In this document: positions 52,194 to 63,207 of the stretch, in pieces
Layout of the letters: every line of letters starts with the position of its first letter
How positions within the stretch are numbered: the stretch's first letter is position 1
Assembly: GCA_010909165.1 (NCBI GenBank)
Contig: MU008165.1
Location: 1,054,001 to 1,118,000 of the forward strand
DNA: 64,000 bases
From: Anthoceros angustus
Lineage: Eukaryota > Plantae > Anthocerotophyta
Direction: 5' to 3'
Made by a program: the position numbers and the translations under genes
The notes under the pieces: generated by a model
Told to the model about the DNA's origin: nothing
Seen by the model: only the letters and a program-made list of their open reading frames with translations
Database searches by the model: none

Positions 52194-52418
52194 TATCTCG
52201 GCCCGCCCGGCCCGGGCTTGAATCTGGGAATCTCCCCCGGCCACGAAATGGCTGGGGGCTGCGGGAAAGCCACGCGAAGATGAACGCCAGCCTCTCATCC
52301 TGCCGTTTCAGGCCGAACTTGCGAGGCCGAGTTGCTTGAGACATTGGTGTAATCCCATCCCGCCAGCAAGGGAATTGAAACCGGCGCCGGCGGCTCGGAT
52401 TTCTGGACAGGCGGTGCC

Positions 52419-53195
52419 ATGGCTGCAGCATTCTGTGGCTCGTGCGGAGCTTTGATCGGGTCGGGGCGTTCCTCATTGTCATCCTCCGCCTCATCAGCTT
52501 TCGGGACACTCTCCTCAGCGGAAGTTCTCAATGCGCAAGGAGCCTGCCGTGTAGGCACATCACCAGCCGGTCTGACAGTGCGTGCTGGAAAGGCCAAGCC
52601 TGGCAAGGAGGAGGAGCCGAAGAAGAGCAAGCAATCCCTGCTTTCCGCCTTCACTGATGCAATTGATTTCTCCTCTGTGAGATCGGAAGCAGATGCGGAT
52701 TTGTTGGAAGACGCACGAGCTGCCACGAAATCTGGCGAAAAGATGTCTCGGGAGCAGGTATGGATGCCACCGCAGCTCAAAGTTTTCGTTATCGACTTGG
52801 ACAGTGTTTGGCATTGCTGCGTGTTCACATCCAGCCAGCTTCCTTGCAGTACGGTGCGTTGAGGAGGAAAATTGGAGGAACGTACAGGGACTTCTTCAAG
52901 GATTACGTGGAAGGTTGGTAGATCGTGAATTGCGTGATGACCATGTGCGTGAGCTTGTAAGGAACGTCACCGAATTGGCCAGGAATGTGGAGTTTCTGAA
53001 TCCGTGTAACGTTGGTTTGTACCAGTGGATGGAGAGTATGTGGACGAAGGCTGGGTGGACAAAACCTGTAGGGTGTGCAGGAAGAACACCTCTGGTGCAC
53101 CTCGAACAGTGGACAAGCTAGGAAGATACGCGCATGTAGCATGCCTGGAAAACCAAAAGTCAGGCAACTTTTTTACTCGTCTTTTCGGCAAGTAA
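52419..53195 (+). CDS. Conserved green-lineage plastid-targeted small protein with a C-terminal CxxC..HxxC putative Zn site (exons 52419-52757, 52850-52913, 53026-53195)
   Basis: Ser/Ala-rich transit peptide ending VRA. Spliced: [82 protein letters not shown]...YAHVACLENQKSGNFFTRLFGK*. Confidence 0.88.
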
Positions 53196-53424
53196 TAGAG
53201 CATCCATGGCAACCATGGATGGTATCTTTTCGGCATGTTTTTGGAACATCATATTTCAGAGCAGGCCCCCTCCTTCTCGTTCTCTTTCTTTTATTGAGTG
53301 CATATTGCAAAGCCCCCGCTAGACGCAGACGTGCTGTAGACCGTTTCTCGTGCCGTTTACTTTCATTCTTTCTTTCTTTCTTGTGGTGAATCTGCTTAAC
53401 TTTCTGCCATGTGGTTAATCCTAC

Positions 53425-53890
53425 TAAATAAGTTTGAAAATAGAGACTTGGATTAAATTATTAGAAATAAAGATTGGTAATCTAAATGACTTTGAGATGG
53501 GTAATTGGTAATGACTTTGTGTAATCCAAAATGAACTTGATTCAAGGATAGTGTGACAAGTGATGACAATAGGATTTGAAGGACATAAATTTAACAATTT
53601 AACATAAATACAAATGCGAAGACTGTACGTACAAAAAAAGATGGCAAACTCTATCTATCTCGAGGAAAAAGGGGGAACAACCTAACGAAGGGAATAAATA
53701 TAATTACTAGATATAAATATAATCATTGCTATATTAAAGTAATGATCAAAGGTGTGCGTTCCCATCCCATTATCAGTCAGTTCACTTGACTCTCAAATCA
53801 AAATGACCTCAAAGTCACTTCGGATTTTTCTAGACTGCTTTATTTCTTCAAGAGGTCTTATTTTTGGATGTCTTTCTTCAAATTATTTTA
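53425..53890. mobile_element. Degenerate AT-rich foldback/MITE-like remnant
   Basis: Scattered inverted matches, e.g. atgactttgag (~53486) vs ctcaaagtca (~53808), and aagtttgaaaatagagac vs gtctttcttcaaatt. Confidence 0.35.
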
Positions 53891-54306
53891 TTTCGTCCGT
53901 GAAAATAATGACAGTGTCCAAGCGAAGGCCTCTCTAAGGCATAATTATATAAAACACCTGGACCGCGAAATCGATTTACACGATGTCGGGGTATCGCGAC
54001 GTCGCTTCGGACGTTTTTTTCTGAAGACGAATCGCTTCGGACATTTCTCGAGGCCGTTGGAGGCCGACTTTGGACATAAGAAGGTGCCTCCTTTCAATCG
54101 GCTCTGTTTTCCTTCTTCGGACATCTCTCGTCGAGGCCGTTGGAGGCAGACTTTGAACAATGGAAGGCGATCGGAGAAATTCGAACATGAAGGTGTCTCC
54201 GCTTCGATCGCCTCCGCTTTCTCAGACTGCAGTTCTGTACGCGTGGGACAGTTCTGTGAAGTTCCGAACACTTGCCCAACGCGGTCAGACGCCCACGATA
54301 GCCCAA

Positions 54307-56037
54307 TTAACCGGTTTGCCTACTCTCTAACAGCTTCTGCACACGCAGAAAATGAGAGAGAATCTGGAGCCCAACAACCTCAGGAGAGTACTTAGAAACC
54401 ATGGTTTCCCGAGCCTCCGACCCCTTTGCTTTCGCCTCAAGTTGGTTGCTCATCACATGCCTCATCAACTTTTGCAAACCCTCTAACGAAGGCTCCGCCC
54501 ACTGGTGTCCTTTGAACGGCCCTTGCTTCACTTGAACAAGCCTTGTTACAGGTATAGGGTAACTGTTGTCCTCTGTCATGTATTCTGTCATGCCAGACCA
54601 GTTGGTTGCAATAACAGGGAGGCCCATGGCCATGGCTTCCACATGAGGACGACCCCATCCTTCACCCCTAGATGGCAGCACAAAAGCATCTGCCAACTTA
54701 TATAGACCTGGAAGCTTGGTCTGGGGAACATGCTCGTCCAGCAGGTACAATGTTGGCCAGCTCTCAGGTGGTCTGGGATCACCCAACCCCCGCACAAACT
54801 CCTGAATCTTGCTGCCAAAATCGTGATCTGAATGAAAAGCATTTGTCAAAAGATACAGCACTACATTGTCCTCCACAGAGAACTCCTGTATATAAGCCTT
54901 GATAAGAATGTCCCATCCTTTCCTGATCTCCCACTTAAAGATACTCAGAAACACAAAGCGTTGAAGTTCCAAAGCATCCCTACAGTTGCCACATAGGCAC
55001 CTCCCTGCAGGCATTCTGGTAGCTTGGACACGGCTAGGATCAAAGAAGTGCACATCAACGATCTGAGGCACCTTCACAAGCTTGGATGCATGAACTCCAC
55101 TCCGGGCAAAAGTTCCCATGTGAAAGTCTGTTGGAACCCATACTTCATCCATTAAGTTACAGCGGACCACATGATCCGCATTCACCATGTCCGTCTCGAA
55201 CATGGTTCTGCCAATGACATACAGTGGTTGCTCATATCCTCCAGGAGGACAAGGAGTTGTTTGGAACAGTGGAGGATACCAAGCTCCCGGTTCACTATGG
55301 CAGATGACGACACTTTGACTGACATCAACTTCACCAGCCATAAGGGTAACTAGAGTCTCCTTCGTCTTTGATGGCAATCCCTTGAGGAAGACATGGTTGT
55401 AGAGATCCCCATGCTGCATAATCTGGAACTGAGGAACAAACTTGCTCTCCACCAGGGCTTCGGCATAGGATATAGCTTCTGAGCTGTAACCACCGGCAGA
55501 AAAAAAAGGAGCCATCCACAGAAGCGAGAACTTGAATGCCTCCCCAGACACAGGCTCTGGGAGTTTCACAAACACCCAGTTCTCAACCAAGTGCCAGTAA
55601 CGAGCTATGTGGCTGAAACCCACACTGACTGTGTGTAAGCTGTGCACCCAAAACTGAACATCTAACAGCCTATCTTGTACATGCTGTGGTGAGAAAACAA
55701 AGGAGAGGAAACAAACAAAAAAGGCTACCGACCAAAAACCCCAAACCAACCCTCTGTGAGGCCTACGCCGTTTCTGAATCCCACTGACATCCTCCTGACT
55801 CTTGCTCGTCTCCATCACATTTTCCTCACTATCGCTTGTCTCAATGACACTCTCCTCACTGTTGCTTGTCTCAATGACACTCTCCTCACTGTTGCTTGTC
55901 TCAATGACACCCTCCTCACTGTTGCTCGTCTCAATGACACTCTCCTCACTGTTGCTTGTCTCAATCACATTTTCTTCACTCTCCTTTAATACTTGATTCA
56001 AAATGTTTTCCTCAAACTGCCTCCCACCTTCAGCCAT
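54307..56037 (-). CDS. Intronless GT-B fold glycosyltransferase (GT4/Glycos_transf_1) with N-terminal repeats and a membrane anchor
   Basis: WMAPFFSAGGYSSEA, IGRTMFETD, DEVWVPTDF, FLSIFKWEIRKGWDILIKAY, and FVLPSRGEGWGRPHVEAMAMGLPVIATNWSG (E-x7-E motif). Confidence 0.92.
   Translation of the reverse strand: MAEGGRQFEENILNQVLKESEENVIETSNSEESVIETSNSEEGVIETSNSEESVIETSNSEESVIETSDSEENVMETSKSQEDVSGIQKRRRPHRGLVWGFWSVAFFVCFLSFVFSPQHVQDRLLDVQFWVHSLHTVSVGFSHIARYWHLVENWVFVKLPEPVSGEAFKFSLLWMAPFFSAGGYSSEAISYAEALVESKFVPQFQIMQHGDLYNHVFLKGLPSKTKETLVTLMAGEVDVSQSVVICHSEPGAWYPPLFQTTPCPPGGYEQPLYVIGRTMFETDMVNADHVVRCNLMDEVWVPTDFHMGTFARSGVHASKLVKVPQIVDVHFFDPSRVQATRMPAGRCLCGNCRDALELQRFVFLSIFKWEIRKGWDILIKAYIQEFSVEDNVVLYLLTNAFHSDHDFGSKIQEFVRGLGDPRPPESWPTLYLLDEHVPQTKLPGLYKLADAFVLPSRGEGWGRPHVEAMAMGLPVIATNWSGMTEYMTEDNSYPIPVTRLVQVKQGPFKGHQWAEPSLEGLQKLMRHVMSNQLEAKAKGSEARETMVSKYSPEVVGLQILSHFLRVQKLLESRQTG
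55800..55982 (-). repeat. 30-bp coding tandem repeat x6 (EESVIETSNS)
   Basis: gttgcttgtctcaatgacactctcctcact repeated. Confidence 0.95.
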
Positions 56038-56226
56038 CTCTGGGCTTCTATAAGCAAGATACCGAATCTCAATTCAAGGGGCCAACACATTCGTGCCCAG
56101 GCACACCAATTAGCTCCAGCCGCAATCTAAAGGCTACACCTTGTCAATTATCCCACTGTGGACAAAGCTTTCCAATGCCAAGTTGAACTTGTCCATTGCA
56201 GCACCGACACTGCCAGACCCTACAGT

Positions 56227-57340
56227 CTATCGCCTAGTATTAACAACAGGAGGCTTTTGAGCCCTTGCTGCAGCACGCCTTTCTCGTGGCCTCATCTCCC
56301 GAACCTTTCTAGGGGGCATCACAAATGGCTCCAGAGGTTTGTCATCAAAGGGATGATTGTCATCCGCAAAGATTCGGAGTTTAAGAGCTCGGTCCTGCAG
56401 CACACACAACCAAAATACCCATCATTCTTCGATAAGGAGCAATGATCACAAACAGTCCCAAAGCAACCAACATACCCATCATTCTTCGGTGAGGAGAAAT
56501 AATCACAAACAGTCCCAAAGCTTCCAAACAAGTAGCGGGACTTACATCTCTCAGCTTGTTCCTGGGAAGCATCCGAAGAACTGCTTTACGAATAACTTCA
56601 CCAGGATCCCGCCTCATCTGCTCCTTCACGTTCCTCTCCTTCAAATGTCCGACATATCTACAACAGCCACCGCCACGCACGTTCAATACACATAACCACG
56701 CAAAGCCACGCAGCTCCGACCAGCTCACCCCGTATGCCATCGGTAGAATTTGTCGGTCAGCTTCCTCCCGGACAAAGCAACGTCCTTGGCATTCAGCACA
56801 ACACAGACATCCCCCCGATCCAGATACGGAGTATACGTCGGCTTGTCCTTCCCTTGCAGCACCACGGAGATCTGTGAAGCCAGCCTGCCAAGAATCTGCG
56901 GCTCTAACAGCTCAGCGCAACAACTAAATCTCTACAATAGCCAAAAACAGACCGTGGGCCGGCCCACCCACCTGCCCCTGCGCATCAAAAACTCGCCATC
57001 TCAGCCCCTGCGTGTTGGCAGGCGTCAAACCGGCAGTGGCTCTCTGCACTCGAACAAGCAGGCATCAGACGCTGCTGTCTCCAATTCCGGGCACGAAATC
57101 GAATCTGTCAAACCTAGCTACCCACCCGCACTGCGTTTAGAGCAGCCCTGTTCATCGGACTGTCTGGAGCCTGACGGAATCCAGTCGCTCAGGAGGCCAG
57201 GCACACATGCATCGATCAAGCCCAGCCAGACCCTACAGAATCTGCAATTTGCGATTTCTAAGGGCGAGAGGCCATGCATTGACCAAATTCCAAGCAAACC
57301 TAGGCCTTCGCGAGTACACACGCCCTAAGTCGCGAATCAT
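56227..57340 (-). CDS. RPL13: Ribosomal protein uL13, bacterial/mitochondrial type, multi-exon (start approximate)
   Basis: GLRWRVFDAQGQ|ILGRLASQISVVLQGKDKPTYTP..GDVCVVLNA..KFYRWHTG|YVGHLKER..DPGEVIRKAVLRMLPRNKLRD|DRALKLRIF..HPF.DKPLEPFVMPPRKVREMRPR. Confidence 0.93.
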
Positions 57341-57431
57341 GTCTCGTGAGAAGTTCGAACGTTCAAATGGTGGTTACGGTTCGTGTGCAGAGTTTTTTTT
57401 TTGTTTTCTTTGGGAATCGTGAATTTGGTTC

Positions 57432-60022
57432 AGGGCCCCGAAGGGCTCTCATACTCATAGGCCTTGCACAACGTAGACGACAAAAAAGGAAGGCGCCTTC
57501 GAGTCACCATGGAAAATTTTATATTTATCGTATTTTTTTCTTCTTCTTTTCTTGTGTAGACCGCGCCTTCAAATCGCCTTCATCTCGCAAACCGATGTCG
57601 CAGGGCCCGAGTGAAGCGAAGACGGTCTTCCACTTGGTCTTGGCAAAGACCTTTTATCTGGACTTGCCTCTTTTGCTCAATGTCTTCAAGCTATAGAGGC
57701 TGCCAAGATGACTCAGCAGTTGGAGATGCAGAAGGCCATGTTAGAGCACGAAATGCATAGAGAGCAGCTCCAAATGGAAAACAATTTGAAGATTGTAGAA
57801 GCTCTTGCTAGACGATATGAAGGCAAAGGCTGTCTATAGGCACATAGAGCCTTCATAAGGAATATGTTTTTGGTGTTTTCCCAACCGGACTAGGCATGCT
57901 AATCTTTGATTTTGGGCAATTGCATGCTTAGATTATTATTTCAATATGGAAAGTGCGATCTGTAGGTCGGAGTTGCGTCCGTGCTTGAAAATATCTATTG
58001 GACAAGACAAGTACCGGACTTGCCACCGATCTTGCTAAAGTCCGGTGCTTGTGAGCACCGGACTTGCCACCAAATGGATACCTATGCTTGTGAGCACCGG
58101 ACTCGCAGTTCACCAGATGTCGGTGCTCATGGAGTCCGAATGATAATGAGTAAAATCTTGATAATTAAAATAAGTGAAAAATAATAATTCCATTCATAAT
58201 TTAAGGTAATAAAAAATATACTTATGCTATCATATTCATGTAAATGTAATAGGCAATCTAAAGTTTCTATTCTCCGATTTGTGAACTCCTCCTACTCCGC
58301 AACCATTTGTGAACTCCTCTTCCAAGCTTCAAATAATGCTTCTCGTCTAGCCTTTGCCTCGTTATACAATATTCTACTAAACACTCCTTGCCACATATTG
58401 ATATGCCCCTCATCGTGTAATGGGTGCATGTCTGCATCTATGTCCATAGGTTGGGGCTCATTTACCATAATGCAATAATTGTGCAAAGCACAACAAGCCA
58501 TGACCATCTGGGATGCATATTTCAACTTGACATTCAAGTTCTTCAAAATTCTCCACTTGTTCTTCAACAAGGCGAACTCATTCTCTATCTTCACCCGAAC
58601 CCTACGCATGCTCCTGTTGAATCTTGCCTTCTCATCCTGCCCACTTGTTGCAACATATGGCTTCAGCAAAAAAGGCATAAGAGGATGCGCACTATCTCCA
58701 ACAATGTATGGAGTAATAGCATGGCCTTGTACTTGCATTGTAGGCTCACTCAAAATATGGCCTTCCATCATTCTCTTCCAAAGACTGCTCTCCTTCAAAA
58801 TGGTTGCATCATGAACTCCCTCTGGATGGGTGCAGCAAACATCCAAAAAACGTTTATCTGCGTCATAAACACCTTGCAAGACAATGGAATGTATATCATA
58901 TCTACACCAGTAGGCAACCGGGTTATCGTTCTTGTCTCGTTGTGCCGCTAACTTGATTTGTGACCCATCAATGTACCCCACCACGTTAGACAATCCTGTA
59001 AGATCTTGAAATTTGGTAGGAATGACCTGTTGCCTATGACCAGATGGCCATGCGATAAATTGCGAGAACAACTTCTCCGGATTGCTTAGCACTTCTCTAA
59101 CATATAAAGTGTGCTGCACCATAGTAGCCGCACCAACTCCATACATGTCAGCAATAATGTGAGGTGACAAACCTCGAGCAAGTCGATGAAGCACCATGGC
59201 AACTGCATGATCTAAATGAAGAGGTTGGCATAGAGAAGCAAAAACAATGTGAGGTCGTAGTAGATTCACCAAAGCCATAAAATTGGGGTAGGACATTCTA
59301 TATGCAAAGCGCCATTGAGCATCACGAACGGCCGTTCCATCTACATGCCAAGCTTTCAAGTGGACATCCCTCCATAGTGCTATTTGCTGAGGATATTTCC
59401 ACCAGAGCTTCTACCTGGACTATGTGACCTCCTCTTCAATGGCTGCCTTCATTATGGATAAGAAAATGACAACAAACAAAGAGTACATTACAGAAGAATC
59501 ATAAGGGGAAAGAGATTGCCTAAGTGGAGGAGTGGATCGCATCATAGTTGACAAAAAATGATAAAATAATCTATCTATCATGATTAAACTACCAAAATTA
59601 TAATCAAAATCATAAATTAATTGAATACCTAACTAAAACTACATAAGCAGAGGAGCACTCCACCGAAAACCTCACAAAACAATAACACAACCCGAAAGAC
59701 ACAGAACATGAGAGTATGAGCATGTGGAGAGAGCGTCCCCTTTTATAGGTGGCAACTGCATTATAGGGTAAGCAATTACGTATTAGACATATCAGGTTTT
59801 CCATTAGCGAGACCGGGTCCGGACTGAAAACCCCGGCGTCTCGTCCCGTGTTTTTTGGGCCTATCATAAATGATGGACAGCGGCCGAGATTCGCCTTCCA
59901 TTGGGCGGCTGTAAAACTCGGGACGCAGTCATTCCTTATTTAGCCAGTTTTAAGTGCATTGATGAAGACGGTGAAGGCACCTTCCGTCTTTGTCATTTAC
60001 GTTGTGAAAGGCCCTTCAGGCC
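57432..60022. mobile_element. PIF/Harbinger DNA transposon with TIRs; ORF1 mostly deleted (coiled-coil tail at ~57660-57839, + strand)
   Basis: TIR cores 57460-57500 and 59973-60013 match at 35/41 nt. A convergent remnant reads LQAIEAAKMTQQLEMQKAMLEHEMHREQLQMENNLKI. No clean TSD. Confidence 0.8.
58292..59359 (-). mobile_element. Harbinger/HARBI1-type DDE transposase (DDE_Tnp_4); in-frame stop just upstream, probably inactive
   Basis: VVGYIDGSQI, GVHDATIL, YIVGDSAHPL..LLKPY, FN..MRRVRVKIENEFALLKNKWRIL, ACCALHNYC. Confidence 0.92.
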
Positions 60023-60657
60023 AGGTTTACACTATGATGGTCATGACCACCTTGTCATGGATTGGAGAGCCGGGATTGCGTGTTGCCCGTAAACCCCTTA
60101 TACACTACCCGATTATGCCATGGTGACGGGTGCAGGCACGGTTAGGTATACCACATTTTGTGACATATGCAAATGTGCACTATGTGCTGCATATACGGCG
60201 AGTTTTGGTTATCCAATATTTATATAGTTTGAAGTTAAGTCAAATTTGGAACGTGAACATGTCATGTACAGCTGAACTTGGGGACTAAAAGTACCGGGCG
60301 TGAAGCTGTGGTAGGCTCCGACTTCACGCGGGAGCTCTTGGAGGCATCGCCGCTGCTTGACACCATCGCCATTTGGAGTGTTCAGGAGGAAGGGGAGGAG
60401 GGTAAGCAGACCTTGAATCTGAAGAACGTATTTCCAACCAGGAGAGGAGGAGGTGGAGGAAGTCTCATAACCTCGTGGAGAGTTACACTTCCCAATCCGA
60501 TGCGGATCATGATTCCTTTGAGCAGGAAGAAGAGAAGGAAGAGTCGAGTTCAGATTCCTTTTCTATGAGGTCAAGAAATGAATCCTTCGACAACTTCTCT
60601 GATGACCAATCCTCCTACAGTGGTCGCAGTTAGAACTGCCTACCCTTGTGGCAATTT

Positions 60658-62583
60658 TCAATTTTCTGTTGTAAGGCCTAAGAACTCAAAGGAGTCTCCT
60701 AGGCCAAGGTTATTGACGTGACGTTCATGTAACTCTCTCCCAAGTGCCTTGGTTAAGATATCTGTAGGGTTTGCCTGAGTGGCAACATATTCCAGGATGA
60801 TTTTCCCTACTTTTATGAGGTCACGGATAAAGTGATACTCGACCTCTACATGTTTTGTTCTTGCATGGAAGACTGGATTCTTCGCTAACGCCATTGAACC
60901 TTGATTGTCAGTCCTGATTATCGTGCAGGTTGGTAAGGGGATGCCCATTTCGCTGAAGAGCAACTTACACCAGGTTATTTCCTTGGCTGCAACTGTCAGC
61001 ACACGATACTCAGCCTTTGTACTGGAGAGTGCCACTGTCGGCTGCTTCTTGCTCGACCAGCAAATTGGACCACCTGCTACACTGACCACATATCTTGACA
61101 CTGATTTCCTTGAGTCTATGTCACCAGCATAATCTGAATCGGTATAGACCTCAAGATCAAGTTGCTGTCCAGGTATGTATCCATACTTGATGCCTTTTTG
61201 TGGTGTCCCTTTTAAGTACCTAAACACTCTTTTGATGCACGTCCAGTGCTCCTATCCTGGATTTTCCAGGAACTGTGACAAGACACTAGTTGCAAATGCG
61301 ACTTCAAGTCGAGTGGTGTTAGCAGCATAAATGAGTTACCGACACCTTGTCGGTAAGGGACTGAGGCCATCTTCTCCTTGTCTACATCAATCTTAGGAGA
61401 CATTTCTTTGCTGAGTTTCAACCCACTTGGTAAGGGTGTAGGTGTTGATTTGGCATCCTTCAGCCCTAATTGCTCTGCACTGTCAAGTAGATATCTCAGT
61501 TGTGTAAGAGTGATAACCCTCTTCTGCCTGTTGCGTTGTATCTGTATACCTAGGCAACTCTGAAGAGGACCAAGATTCGACATCTTGAACTTAGTGGCCA
61601 ACAAGTCTGTTATTTTAGTGATGAATTTTGGGTTATTGCTGGACAGTATCAAGTCATCTACATGCACTGCCAGGTAACAAACCACATCGCCTTCCTTGTA
61701 AATACAAAGGCTTCCATCTACTTGGCTCTTGGTAAAACCTAAGGTTAGAAGTTCAGCATCCAGCTCTGCCTTCCAAGCCGTAGCTGATTCTTCAACCCGT
61801 ACAGAGTCTGGATCAGCTTGCATACATAATCCTCCTTTCCTTTTACTTCATATCCGGGAGGCTGCTGCATATAGATTTCTGTGTCCAACTTCTCGTTTAG
61901 AAATGTTGTTTTCACATCGAACATCTGCAGCTCATAGTCTTTATAGGCTAATACTGCACACAATGTACGCAGGGTTGCAAGCTTCACAACTGGAGCAAAG
62001 GTCTCAAGGTAGTCCAAGCCTGGAACTTGTGAAAAACCTCGAGCGACTAGTCTTGCCTTATGCCTGTAAGGTACCATTAGCCTTAACTTTTAATTTGAAG
62101 ACCCATTTGCATGAGACCATTTTTCTGCCAGGAGGTAATTTGGCCAACTCCCATGTGCCATTTTCGATTAAAGAATCATATTACATTAGTATGGGCATCT
62201 TCCACTCCTTGTAAGAGTTTGCCTCAATGCCGCAAGCATAGGAATCAGGTTCTGGGTCGAGGCGATTGCGACATGCACCTTCATGCAAGCGGAGGAAGCT
62301 ACGAAATCGAGAACCTTTGTAATGATGCAGGGGTGCGTCGTTCACGTGTAGGATAACGTCGAGCGAGGATGCAGCGAGTGGTTGTGCTCCAGTATTGTTT
62401 TCTACCAGGCGGCTCCTTGGCCTCACGAATCGGATGGATCGGACTGAAAGAGTCGACAATATCTAAATTAAGATCAGCACCACCAGGATGTTGAGGATGT
62501 GGGTCCTGCAAAACTGGTTGTTCATGCATAGCTAGCAGAGGAGCTTCCCTAACTCCTGCTTCCTGTATCTCACCAAGGGGCTA
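60658..62583 (-). mobile_element. Ty1/Copia pol (reverse transcriptase-RNase H), frameshifted
   Basis: KARLVARGFSQVPGLDYLETFAPV, DVKTTFLN..IYMQQPPG, VHVDDLIL, YTDSDYAGD..RKS, KKQPTVALSST.AEY, DNQGSMALAKNPVFHARTKHV. Confidence 0.95.
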
Positions 62584-63207
62584 TGTCGCAAAGGTAGAAT
62601 CACGAGTAACACGGTGAGATCAAAATGTGAGACGTCAAGATCGTCCCCATCAATGCTAGGTCCCAGAATGGCCCGTGAAATAGGTCACTATTAGGGCACT
62701 CTTCACTAGGGCACCTAGAACTTAATGATTTATTTATTGGGCTAGGGCATTAAGTAGTTTTCTTCAGTTGGTTACTTAAGTGGTTATTTGTTACAACCAC
62801 TAGGTGGTTACAACCACCTTTAGCCTTCTATATAAGGCATGTACTTTCTATCAAATGTAATGCAACACATATTGTATGGCATCGTCACGAAGGCGACTCC
62901 AGAGCACAGGCGTGGAAAGTTGGGAAGTGGTTCCCCCTTGGATCTTGGGAACGGGCTCAAGTAGCTCGCGCCCCTATTCGAGCACGTGTTCAAATGTTGT
63001 TCCTGACTAGAGTTGGCTAACTATGGTTGGTTGCCCTAGGTTAGTCACTCGCTCTAACTAACCTCACTGCTCTAGCTTAGCCGCCTCGTGCTACGGCTAC
63101 CAAGTATGCCACCACGGCCCTCGGCGAGATCACTTGGCTCGGTCACGGTGTCTACCATAGCACGGCGATTGACTATGTCCTTCACGGAGCTTGCTCAATC
63201 CGTGACA
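62584..63207 (-). mobile_element. 3' LTR (624 bp) of a Ty3/Gypsy element inserted into the Copia element
   Basis: Termini TGTCGC...GTGACA. On the minus strand it is immediately preceded by the polypurine tract gaggaaggaggagga (63208-63222). Confidence 0.85.

Noticed and set aside
54307-56037. Horizontal transfer of the intronless glycosyltransferase from bacteria
   Set aside because: Its motifs match a family I recall from other plants and its composition is like neighbouring genes. Lack of introns alone is not evidence.
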